This document shows positions 36,657 through 47,345 of a DNA stretch of 64,000 bases, in pieces. Position 1 is the stretch's first letter; each line of letters starts with the position of its first letter. Made by a program: the position numbers and the translations under genes. Source of the stretch: Octopus sinensis. Its lineage: Eukaryota. Location: contig NC_043015.1 in assembly GCF_006345805.1 (NCBI RefSeq), positions 50,220,001 to 50,284,000 of the forward strand, in the 5' to 3' direction. The notes under the pieces are model-generated. The model was given only the letters and a program-made list of their open reading frames with translations. It was not told where the DNA came from and did not search any database.

Positions 36657-36848
36657 CCTCCATGAGGCCCTATGCTTGAATGGAACTCAGCCACTTTGCT
36701 TCCATGAGGCCCTACATTTGAAAGGAACTCAGCTACTTTGCCTCCATGAGGCCCTACACTTGAAAGGAACTCAGCCACTTTGTTCCCATGAAGCCCAACA
36801 CTTGAAAGGAACTCAGCCATTTTGCCTCCATGAGGCCCAACGCTCAAA
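36657..36848. repeat. 42-bp minisatellite, about 4.5 units
   Basis: Unit CCTCCATGAGGCCCTACACTTGAAAGGAACTCAGCCACTTTG, contiguous with an antisense RTE fragment. Confidence 0.9.
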
Positions 36849-37030
36849 AGGGTCCAGGTATGGATTTTGCTATTAAGTCTCAATAGAGACAATAATAATA
36901 GTTTTTAACATGCACAATTATGTCTAAAATATTTTCCCATTCCCCAGGTTTTCTTAAAAATCTAATCTATAATTTGATTGTTGCATTACTTGTAATGTTG
37001 TGAATAAATATTTTCAATATCTCATTATAG

Positions 37031-37158
37031 AATAGAAAACCTTTGACTGTGGAACAAATGTATGAAGATTTTAGTCAAGATCACGCCAAAAAGACTGTTA
37101 CTATGGAAACGCATCCTCATTTACCAGGACCTCCAATGGCTTCAGTTCATCCTTGCAG
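37031..37158 (+). CDS. ATG3: ATG3 exon 8 with catalytic cysteine ([43 protein letters not shown])
   Basis: ttatag acceptor, 128 nt. Cys codon TGC at 37154-37156. Ends phase 2 at a GC donor (CAG|gcaagt). Confidence 0.97.
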
Positions 37159-37262
37159 GCAAGTTTCACAAACTTATTTCTTAATGTGGAATGTGTGTTG
37201 GGACTTAAGAATGTTTTATACTGGTTCTATAGTTATGTGACAGGGCTTGTATGTCAGTGAGA

Positions 37263-37895
37263 GTAGGCTTAAGATATCGGGAGTAGTCTCAAGACATTGA
37301 GACAAGCCTTGAGACTTTGAGATTAGCCTCGAGACATTGAGATTAGCCTCGAGACACTGAGATTAGCCTTGAGACACTGAAATTAGTCTTGGGACACCGA
37401 GGGCAGCCTTGAGACACTGAGGGCAGCCTTGAGACTCCGAGGATAGCCTCAAGACACTGAGGACAGCCTCGAGACACTGAGGGCAGCCTCGAGACACTGA
37501 GGGCAGCCTCGAGACACTGAGGGCAGCCTCGAGACTCCAAGGATAGCCTCGAGACACTGAGGGCAGCCTCGAGACACTGAGGGCAGCCTCGAGACACTGA
37601 GGGCAGCCTCGAGACACTGAGGGCAGCCTCGAGACACTGAGGGCCACCTCGAAACTCTGAGGATAGCCTCAAGACACTGAGGGCAGCCTCGAGACTCTGA
37701 GGATAGCCTAGCAACACTGAAGGCAACCTCGAGACACTGAGGGCAGCCTCGAGACACTGAGGGCAGCCTCGAGAAACTGAGGGCAACTTTGAGACACTGA
37801 GGACAGCCTCGAAACACTGAGGGCAGCCTCGAGATACTGAGGGCAGCCTCGAGACACTGAGGGCAGCCTCGAGACATTTAGGGCAACCCTCAAAA
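37263..37895. repeat. 20-bp minisatellite, about 31 units (GAGACACTGAGGGCAGCCTC)
   Basis: Read directly. No unique spacers, so it is not CRISPR. Confidence 0.96.
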
Positions 37896-38867
37896 CATTG
37901 AGGGTAGTGTGATGTTGTTGACGGCATGTAACAGAAATTGTACTAGTATGTTGAAGGCTATAAGAACATAGTGGCTTGATATATTGAGGAGTGTTAAGAT
38001 AATGAGGGTTGTGAAGGAATGTTGACAGTCTGTTATGGTTATATAGGAGACATCTTGAGGTTTATTTGAAAAGCATTGTGGATAATGATGAAATGTTAAT
38101 GAGATTTATGAGGGAACCTGATGTTACAGAAGAGAAATAGAGAAAGGTATTAAGTGTAAGAATAGTGTGTGAAACTAGGTGGCACACCACTGGATATTAA
38201 TCTTGCACATTTTCATTAGTTGGGGATAATTAAATATTCTAAACTGTTTCTAGAAATAGAATTTCTGAGTGAATGTGCTGTTGGAGTAGTAAATCAAAAG
38301 TTTTGAGTTCAAATCCTTCTGTGAGCATTTTGTTGTGTATTAGGGCAGTGTGTTAAATTTTACCTATTTTAGTTGTTAGCTGTTTGGAGTTGGGAACACA
38401 AATATTTTGGAAACACCTTAACATTGGACAGATGGATGGATGGATGGATGGACAGAAGGACAAGAAGATGGGAATCTATTTGGGGTTGACAGAGGAATGG
38501 ACAGACAAGCAGAGAGGAACAGCTCTCAGATCTCTCTGGGAACCTAATCTGAGATAGTTAGGATGGATAACCAGACAAGCAGATATGAATAGGTACCGGA
38601 TTTATCTGGGAGTCTAAGTTTGGATAGATGGATGGACAGACAGATGGGGATAGGAAGCAGATCTATCTAGGAATGTTCCCATATAGAGCTGGTATCTATT
38701 GCCAGCCAGCCATTCATCCATCCCAAGTTAGATTCTTAAATAGATCTTGTACGAACATTTATTGTTTTATAGACAAAGGTTTACAATGGAAAGAAACAAC
38801 ATGGGGTGTTACTGTAATCAGGTTCTCTGACTATTTCTTTTTCTTATAATATTACATGTATTCCCGT

Positions 38868-39174
38868 GGAGACACATGGTCTAGTGGTTAGAGCAGCGCA
38901 CTCGAGGTCGAGGGATCACGGGTTCGAATCTCAGACTGGGCAATGTGTGTGTTTATGAACGAAACACCTAAGCACCGCGCAGCTCCGGCAGAAGGTAATG
39001 GTGAACTTCTGCTGACTCTTTCGCCACAACTTTCTCTCACTCTTTCCTCCTGCATCTTGCAGCTCACCTGCGACGGACCGATGTCCCGTCCAGGTGGGGA
39101 GCCTATACGCCAAGGAAACCGGGAAACCGGCCCTTATGAGCCAGGCATGGCTCGAGAAGGAACAAACAAAAAAC
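38868..39174 (+). mobile_element. tRNA-derived SINE family D with (AACA)n tail
   Basis: A box TGGTCTAGTGG (38877-38887), B box GGTTCGAATC (38921-38930), about 300-bp body. Confidence 0.82.
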
Positions 39175-39493
39175 ATGTATTCCCCATTTTCCCTCTGGAT
39201 TACAAATGTTTAGTTCATGTAGTGTTTTTCAATTACTATGGGTAAATTTTTCTAAAGTTACAAATAGGAAATGAAATAAATTGAATATTTTTATTTTATT
39301 TTAATGAATTATAAAATTTAGCTTGAAGCTTATTTGAAGAAATGTTTTTAAAAAAAAGTGTAATGAAAGAATTATGTCCCTTGTTTATCAGCACTGCTGT
39401 CATGCTCTGTCTATTGGTGTTAAACATGTACACACGCAAACCTTGTGTTGTGTGTGTGTGACTTCATATTTGAAGAATTATTTGTCTTTTTAA

Positions 39494-39954
39494 CCCTTTC
39501 GTTACCAACCTTGCTGAAACCACCCCTAGCTCTGTACTTCAAATGTCTTGTTTTCTTAAGTTCTGAATTAAAATCTTCCACCAAACCATAGTCACAATTT
39601 ATGTTCCTAACACTAGCTTATTTTACTAAATTCTTTGTTATACTTAAAATTGATTGAAAGGAACACAGAACATCTCCTCAACAGAAATATGGTAACAAAA
39701 TGGTTAAAATATATAATTGAGAAACAATTCTTAAACTTTTCGATACCAACCTGGCTGAAATCACCACTGGCTTTGTAGTACAAATGTCTTGTTTTCATAA
39801 GTCCTGAATTAAAATCTTCCTCCAAACCTTAGTCACAATTTATGTTCCTAACACTAGCTTAATGATAACCAAGTTTTTTTACTAAATTCTTTGTTATATT
39901 TAAAATAATTGAAAGAAACACAGAGCATCTCAAAATAAAAAGAGTAATGAAGGG
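39494..39954. mobile_element. Two adjacent piggyBac-type MITE copies
   Basis: Each is bounded by TTAA and shares its body with 12352-12572. Confidence 0.82.
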
Positions 39955-40106
39955 TTAAACTCTTTATCCCTCCATTCCATCCTTTATACTCCCTGTGTAC
40001 TCTACAATAACCCAGTCTTTCGTACTGTACTCTGTATTCTCTCTTTACTGTACTCAATAATGTACTGAAAGCTTTTATGAATCAGTTTTCCTTGTATTTC
40101 TTTCAG

Positions 40107-40175
40107 ACATGCGGAAGTGATGAAAAAGATAATCGAAACAGTAGCAGAAGGCGGCGGTGACCTCAGTGTTCACAT
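40107..40175 (+). CDS. ATG3: ATG3 exon 9 ([23 protein letters not shown])
   Basis: tttcag acceptor, 69 nt, phase 2 to phase 2. Donor AT|gtatccttt matches the U12 consensus. Confidence 0.97.
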
Positions 40176-40214
40176 GTATCCTTTATTGACCTCTCATGGA
40201 GCGGTTATGTCTTC

Positions 40215-40669
40215 TGTAGGAATGTCTTTGATTTTATGCAGATAACGAAATCGATCAACATCAATGGAAATTGCAGCTGTGATACCAGTGCCGGTGGTAC
40301 GTAAGAGAACCATCTGAACGTGGCCGTTGCCAGCGCCGCCCCGACTGGCCTCGTGCCGGTGGCACGTAAAAAGCACCATCCGATCATGGCTGTTGCCAGC
40401 CCCGCCTGGCCCACGTGCCGGTGGCACGTAAAAAGCACCATCCGATCGTGGCCGTTTGCTAGCCTCGTCTGGCACCAGTGCCGGTGGCACATAAAAAGCA
40501 CCCACTACACTCACGGAGTGGTTGGCGTTAAGAAGGGCATCCAGCCGTAGAAACATTGGCTGATCAGACTGGGCCTGGTGCAGCCTTCTGGCTTCCCAGA
40601 CCCCAGTTGAACCGTTCAACCCATGCTACCATGGAAAGCGGACGCTAAACGATGATGATGATGATGATG
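40215..40669 (+). mobile_element. RTE LINE 3'-UTR fragment with about four tandem ~60-bp modules, inside the U12 intron
   Basis: Repeated CCGGTGGCACGTAAAAAGCACCATC modules, then the shared tail ending (GAT)n at 40669. Confidence 0.8.
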
Positions 40670-40737
40670 CAGTTTTAGAAGACAGGCAAAGATGGGGGCC
40701 AGGCAGGAATTTCTACTTTTGAGTCCAGGTCAATATA

Positions 40738-40823
40738 CGAGGGGTGTATGGAAAGTCTTCAGCCTCAAAAAAACAAAACATGGTACAAGACTTCAAGGCT
40801 CGAAAATTTTCATGCACCCCTTG
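40738..40823. mobile_element. 86-bp mariner-like MITE
   Basis: TA|CGAGGGGTGTATGG...TTCATGCACCCCTTG|TA, with imperfect TIRs. Confidence 0.65.
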
Positions 40824-41037
40824 TATAATTATCAACTCGATATGTGATAAAGTTCTGTAGATAGGCGTAGGAGTGGCTGTGTGGTAAGTAGCTTACTAAT
40901 GAACCACATGGTTCTGGGTTCAGTCCCATTGCTTGGCACCTTCAGCAAGTGTCCTCTACTATAGCCTCAGGCTGACCAAAGCCTAGTGAGTGAACTTGGT
41001 AGATGGAAACTGAAAGAAGCCTGTCGTATATATGTGC

Positions 41038-41081
<44 letters not shown>

Positions 41082-41884
41082 GTGTATATGTTTGTGTATC
41101 TGTGTTTGTCCCCCCAACATCGCTTGACAACCGATGTTGGTGTGTTTACATCCCCGTAACTTAGCAGTTTGGCAAAAAAGACCGATAGAATAAATACTAG
41201 GCTTACAGAGAATAAGTCCTGGGGTCGATTTGCTCGACTAAAGGCAATGCTCCGGCATGGCCTCAGTCAAATGACTGAAACAAGTAAAATAGTAAAAGAC
41301 TATTTAGAACCTTTCAAACTGAGGAATTGGATTATTATTGAGCTGGGTTATTGCGATTATTATTCTTTTATTGGTTTCAGTCATTTGACTGCGGCCATGC
41401 TGGAGCACCGCCTTTTAGTTGAACAAATCGACCCCAGGACTTATTCTTTGTAAGCCTTATATTTACTTATTCTGTCAGTGTCTTTTGCCAAATCGCTAAG
41501 TTACGGGGACATAAACACACCAACATCGGTTGTCAATCAATAGTGGAGGGATAATCAGACACACAAACATATACATACATATATATGACGGGCTTCTTTC
41601 AGTTTCTGTCTACCAAATCCACTCACAAGTCACTAGGCTTTGGTCGGCCTGAGGCTACAGTAGAAGACACTTTCCCAAGGTGCCATGCAGTGGGACTGAA
41701 CTTGGAACCATGTAGTTGGTAAGCAGGCTACTTACCACACAGCCACTCCACATATTCTTATTCATATATTATCTGAATTGTTTAAAATAAATAAATAGAA
41801 ATAATATAATGTCTAACTACTGATGAATAATACCTCTGGATTCCTTCCATTTTTTTCTTGCCATATATATATATATATATATAT

Positions 41885-42151
41885 AATTTATAAGTAAGGG
41901 CAAAAGAAAAAATTACTAATGCCAAAATATGCCAAAAATAGATATAACGTCAATAACCATGTAATTTATCACTACAAGCACTAACTCTGAAATCTGGTCC
42001 GATATGGTTATAACGGGATTTTTTAGAAATTTCTATCGGCTTTCTTCGAAGCACGTGCTTGTAGTGATAAATTACATGGTTATTGACGTTGTGTCTATTT
42101 TCAGCATATTTTGGCATTAGAAATTTTTTCTTTTGCTCTTACTTATAAATT
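41885..42151. mobile_element. Fold-back MITE with 97-bp inverted arms
   Basis: 41885-41981 is the near-perfect reverse complement of 42055-42151, with a 73-bp spacer. Confidence 0.88.
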
Positions 42152-42233
42152 GTTTATAAATTTAACCTTTAAAGGTATTCTTTAATATGCTGGCCATTGA
42201 TAGAATTTCTTTTGAAAAATTTTATCTTACATT

Positions 42234-42277
<44 letters not shown>

Positions 42278-42619
42278 GTAGGGAATATAATTCCACACTT
42301 ACAGGGAAAAATTCAATTTAGCAATTTTAAATCAAATTTCACAATATATAATATATGTATATAATTTAGAGAAAAACCACTATTAAACAATTCAGTGATG
42401 AAAGATGTTATTCACACCATATAGAAAACGTATACTATAAAAACCTTATAAAAATCAATGAAGTACCTTCATGTTTATTTACATTATTTACATTTGACAT
42501 ACCCTCCAGCTTTCATCAGGTGTCTTGGGGAAATTTCGAACCTGGGTTTTCATCCTTAAGGTATTTTTTAATATTATTATTATTATTATTATTCATGTCA
42601 CTGCCTGGAATCTAACTCT

Positions 42620-42911
42620 GGCATATAGCATAATGGTTAAGAGCGTGGGCTACTAACCCCAAGATTCCGAGTTTGATTCCAGGCAGTGACCTGAATAATA
42701 ACAATAATAATAATAATAATAATATCAAAAAATACCTTAGGAATGAGAACCCAGATTTGAAATTTCCCTAAGACACCTGATGAAAGCTGGAGAGTACATC
42801 AGCCGAAATATTGTGTTTACAATAAACAAGATGAGGACAAATATCCGTCAAATGTAAATAATATAAATAATGTAAATAATGTACATAATTCCTCATCTCT
42901 TAAATATAGAA
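42620..42911 (+). mobile_element. tRNA-headed SINE family F carrying a hammerhead-like motif; partial inverted copy at 42475-42619
   Basis: A box TAGCATAATGG (42626-42636), anticodon-arm-like GGG-CTACTAA-CCC, B box GAGTTTGATTCC (42669-42680), an (AAT)n tract, then CTGATGA...GAAA at 42777-42808. Another head fragment lies at about 28990-29035(-). Confidence 0.78.
42771..42818 (+). ncRNA. Candidate minimal type I hammerhead ribozyme (probably decayed)
   Basis: Stem I AGACAC/GUGUUU; core CUGAUGA; extra AA; stem II GCUG/CAGC; C; GAA; palindromic AUAU stem III; U17. Confidence 0.55.
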
Positions 42912-42992
42912 TGGTTCATGTTTATATTTTGTTGCATTTCTTTTTTTGTTTTTTTTTCTTACTTTATTTTCCTTGACTCCCTTTTCCAACAG

Positions 42993-43074
42993 GTATCTAT
43001 TAATCTTTCTAAAATTTGTCCAGGCAATAATTCCCACCATCGAATACGACTACACACAACACTTCACAATGTGA
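42993..43074 (+). CDS. ATG3: ATG3 terminal coding exon ([27 protein letters not shown])
   Basis: caacag acceptor, 82 nt including TGA at 43072-43074. Conserved ATG3 C-terminus. Confidence 0.98.
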
Positions 43075-43339
43075 TGCAATCAAGTACATCAGTATTAGCT
43101 GTTTACAGCAGACTCAGCTCTTCTTTATGTTTTAATTTCCCTCCCAGCTGCTCGACCAACCAACAGATTGGACTTTGAAGAAGTCAGCAGCGGCCAGCAA
43201 TTTTGGGTACTGCTGCTGCTACCATGCCCCGTAGTGACCAACAAGACTCTAGGGACCACTCAGCTTGTGCTCTCAAACATTTTCCTTTTTTTTTTTTTTT
43301 AGGATGGTTTTTTTCCTTTTTTTTTTTTTACCTGAGACT

Positions 43340-43505
43340 ACACACAAACACCTTATATATATATATATATATATACACACAAATATATATATATAATATA
43401 TATATATATACACACAAATATATATATATACATACATATATACACACAAATATATATATATACATACATACACACAATTATATATATATATACATACATA
43501 CACGC

Positions 43506-43542
<37 letters not shown>

Positions 43543-43573
43543 CACACAATTATATATATATATATATATACAG

Positions 43574-43615
<42 letters not shown>
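43340..43615. repeat. (TA)n/(CA)n compound microsatellite just 3' of the ATG3 stop codon
   Basis: Read directly. Probably within or next to the 3' UTR; the first clear downstream AATAAA is at 43689-43694. Confidence 0.9.
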
Positions 43616-43617
<2 letters not shown>

Positions 43618-44758
43618 TTAAATACTTACCTCCTTTGCTGTTGGAAAATAATTATTGTTTTAGTCTAAAGTTAATTAAAGTAATTATAAATAAATTTTTA
43701 TTTTGTATTTACATAATTTAGTTTTATTAATTTTAAACCAAATGATAATTATTATTTTTTTTTTTTTCTGTGATTTCCAATGATACAAAATTAAAGGTTT
43801 AGGTGGTATTTTTAGCACCGACCACCATCTGGTTCATTTCCTGTACTCATGGCTCCAACTGCGACTTCTGTGGTTCTACATTCGGTCGTCTCAGATATTT
43901 AAGTTGGTTTCAGTTATCGAGCAAAAATGCTTTCAAAGTTTGAAAGAACCGGTAAAAATATAAAGTTTTTTTTTGTCTATTTTTTTTCCTTTTTTTTTTT
44001 TTTCGTGGTTTCTTTAATCTATGCAAGCATTTATTTAATAAATATTCAATATTTGTTCTGAAGAATTTAATTTAGAAAAGAGATAGAGATTATCAGATTA
44101 TCTAAGAAAAAAAATAACACAAAAATAAACGAAAACAAAAAAAATCAAAACAACAACAGAGCCAAAAAAAAAATAAAAGAAGCAAAACAAAGACAGACAT
44201 GAAATTGAAATAAACTTCAGAATAAATGAGAAACAATAAAGAAATGTTAAAAATTTCCACAAATTAAATTGCTGTTTATAAAGGGAGGTAACTCTGATTC
44301 AGTTGTGTACCTCCACCTCTCCTAATTTCACCCCCACCCCCGTTTTTTTTTGTTTTTGTTTTTTTTTTAATGCATTCGAAGAACTAAATTGATAGCCTTA
44401 CAAATTGTAAAGTTTTTCTGAGAAATTATTCACAGTCAGAATCTTCGAAAGACTTAATAAACGCCAATTTTTTAAAAGAAATTTCTTGCTTTTTTTATTC
44501 ATTGAAATCAGGTCTGTGTGATTTTTTTTGTTACCTTTCCCTCATTTCAGGCATTGACCTGTGGCCATGCTGGAGCATTGCCTTGAAGGGTTTAGTAAAA
44601 CAAATTATTCCCCAGTAACTATTTTTAAGCTTGGTTCTTGTTCTGTCAGTCTCTTTTCCCAAACTGCTAAGTTACTGGAACATAAACAAACCAACGCTGG
44701 TTATCAAGCATTTGTGGGGGACAAACAGTACAAACCCAGGACCACACACATGCACGTG

Positions 44759-44794
<36 letters not shown>

Positions 44795-46344
44795 TAACAG
44801 GCTTCTTCCAGTTTTTTATTTCTTTATTGCCCACAAGGGGCTAAAAACATGGAGGGGACAGACAAAGGGATTAAGTCAATTACATCAACCCCAATGTGAC
44901 GGGCTTCTTTCAGCTTATATGAAATCCACTCGCAAGGCTTTGGTTAACCCAGGGCTAAAGTAGACACATGGCCCAGGTGCCATTCAGTGGAACTGAACTG
45001 AAGACCACATGATTGGAAAGCAAGCTTCTTTGTCACACAGTCACGCCTGCATGCATTTAACCCATTAATTAAATTTCATGGTCATTACCATAATGATATT
45101 AATTATCCTCCAAAAAACTAGAATTTATATTTTCTTCTTTTGCAAATTTTGGTGGCATCTGCTGTAGGTATGGCTTTCATATCCATCATCGAAAGTATTT
45201 GATTCCAGCCCTGTAAAGAGATATTTGATGAAATATTGGGAAGAATTAAGATCTGAAAATATTGTAGAAAGTGTCACTGGGAGATGGAGGTGTCTCTGCT
45301 ACTCACAACTCACAAGCTTGTTTCAAAACCATGAGGGGAAAAACAGCTTTCTGTAGTTAATTGTGATAAAATGCAGAATGTGGTGAGCTGGCTGATTGGT
45401 TATAGTGTCAGATCAAGTGCTTTCTAATATTCGTTTTGACGCTAGGCATTCTCAGTTCAAATCTCGCCAAAGTCAATTTTTTAATGGCAGTGCCCCAGCA
45501 TGGCCACAGCTCGTGAGCTAAAACTAGACAAAATAAAAAAAAAATTTTTTAATCTGTTTTTTGTGTTCAAATGTTAAAGTATTTTCATTGAACTAAAAGC
45601 TAATCTGCTGCTATTACAATGTCTTTCAATACTGTCCCCACATGAAGACAAACTGTTATGTAAAACCTATGTGCAATCAACAACCGTAATAGAGGAATTG
45701 GGAATATATTGGCAACTAAAGAAATAGGTGCAGGTGTGGCTGTGGTATGAAACCTGCTTCCCAACCACATGGTTCCTGGTTCAGTCTCACTGCATGGCAC
45801 TTTGGACAAGTCTTTTTTTTATTATTTCCCCCCAAGCTGATCAAAGCCTTGTGAGTGGATTTGGTAGACAGAAACTGGAAGAAGCCCAGTGAGAAAGACA
45901 GTGAGCTAGCAGAAACGGTACCATGCCGGCCGAAATGCTTAGCGGTATTTCGTCTGCCGCTACGTTCTGAGTTCAAATTCCGCTGAGGTCGACTTTGCCT
46001 TTCATCCTTTCGGGGTTGATTAAATAAGTACCAGTTACGCTCTGGGGTCGATATAATCGACTTAATCCATTTGTCTGTCTTTGTTTGTCCTCTCTGTGTT
46101 TAGCCCCTTGTGGGTAGTAAAGAAATAGGTATTTCGTCTGTCTTTATGCTCTGAGTTCAAATTCTGCCGAGGTCGACTTTGCCTTTCATCCTTTCAGGGT
46201 CGATAAATTAAGTACCAGTTACGCTCTGGGGTCGATGTAATCAGCTTAATCCCTTTGTCTGTCCTTGTTTGTCCCCTCTGTTTAGCCCTTGTGGGCAATA
46301 AAGAAATAAAAAAACTGGAAGAAGCCTGTTAAGTGTGTGTGTGT

Positions 46345-46378
<34 letters not shown>

Positions 46379-46600
46379 CATCATTGTTTAACGTCTGCTT
46401 TTCCATGCTGACATGGGTTGGACAGTTTGACTGAGGGCTGGTGAGCCAGAAGGCTGCACCAGGCTTCAATCTGGTCTGGCATAGTTTCTGCAGCTGGATG
46501 CCCTTCCTAATGCAAGCCACTCCGAGAGTGTAGTGGGTGCTTTTATGTGCCACCTGCATGAGGGCCAGTCAGGTGGTACTTCCAATAAATACATCAAGAA

Positions 46601-47011
46601 CAGGGGTTCTCAACCATTTTTTTTTTATTTGATTACTACTTTATTCTGGTGGACCTCCATTGATATTCGATGTTTTATAGCAATTTCTTTCAAAATTTCT
46701 ATTTTGTTTTCCCCATAATCACTTGTGTAGGTTGACCCTTGTAAAACATTAGGGAAAGAAACCTACTGTTTCTTCAAATAAGTACCAATATCTTTACTCG
46801 TTTCAGTCAATTGACTGTGGCCATGCTGGAGCACTGCCTTTAGTTGAGCAAATTGACCACAGGACTTATTCTTTGTAAGCCTAGTACTTATTCTATTGGT
46901 TCTTTTGCCGAACCGCTAAGTTACGGTGACATAACACACCAGCATCGGTTGTCAAGCAATGTTGAGGAGACAAACACAGACACACAAGTATACGCACACA
47001 CACACACACAT

Positions 47012-47045
<34 letters not shown>

Positions 47046-47345
47046 CGATGGGGCTTCTTTCAGTTTCCGTCTACCAAATCCACTCACAAGGCTTTGGTCA
47101 GCCTGAGGCTCTAGTAGAAGACACTTGCCCAAGGTGCCACGCAGTGGGACTGAACCCAGAACCATGTGGTTGGTAAGCAAGCTACTTACCACACAGCCAC
47201 TCCTACACCAATGTGATGATTATAACACATACATCTAAAGCAAAATTTTTTTCAGGGGCCCTTAATACTATTGTGGATCCCCAGTTTACTATTTTGTTGC
47301 ATGGACACCCCAAAATTTTATCTGGACCCTGGTTGAGAACCACTG
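46601..47345. mobile_element. hAT-like MITE with a nested antisense SINE (about 46791-47208)
   Basis: TIRs CAGGGGTTCTCAACC / GGTTGAGAACCACTG. No TSD recognised. Confidence 0.65.

Larger units (their letters stand above)
37159..40106 (+). promoter_or_regulatory. GC-AG intron of ATG3 (intron 8)
   Basis: Only CAG|GCAAGT keeps exons 8 and 9 in frame (HPC-R-HAEV). The nearest GT at 37163 would frameshift. Confidence 0.9.
40176..42992 (+). promoter_or_regulatory. U12-type (minor spliceosome) GT-AG intron of ATG3, 2817 nt
   Basis: 5' splice site GTATCCTTT (40176-40184). Branch site TTTTCCTTGAC (42967-42977) with the branch A 16 nt from the terminal AG. Both match the U12 consensus. Confidence 0.92.
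1..43074 (+). other. ATG3: ATG3 gene (ubiquitin-like-conjugating enzyme ATG3), 10 coding exons, 5' end outside window
   Basis: Ten exons join in frame with matching phases into ...[40 protein letters not shown]...[12 protein letters not shown]...EEAEDMEAFEQSG...[28 protein letters not shown]...[13 protein letters not shown]...[26 protein letters not shown]. These are diagnostic ATG3 motifs, including the catalytic HPC. Confidence 0.98.

Noticed and set aside
37263-37927. CRISPR-like or repeat-protein appearance of the 20-bp array and its ORFs
   Set aside because: There are no unique spacers, the locus is a eukaryotic intron, and the ORFs simply reflect a stop-free repeat unit.
38868-38940. 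Possible tRNA gene (also at 42620-42685 and 5593-5655)
   Set aside because: A and B boxes are present, but the acceptor and anticodon stems are incomplete and each continues into a SINE body and tail.
43674-44245. Several AATAAA/ATTAAA hexamers as the ATG3 poly(A) signal
   Set aside because: Hexamers are frequent in this AT-rich DNA, so the used site cannot be chosen without 3'-end data.
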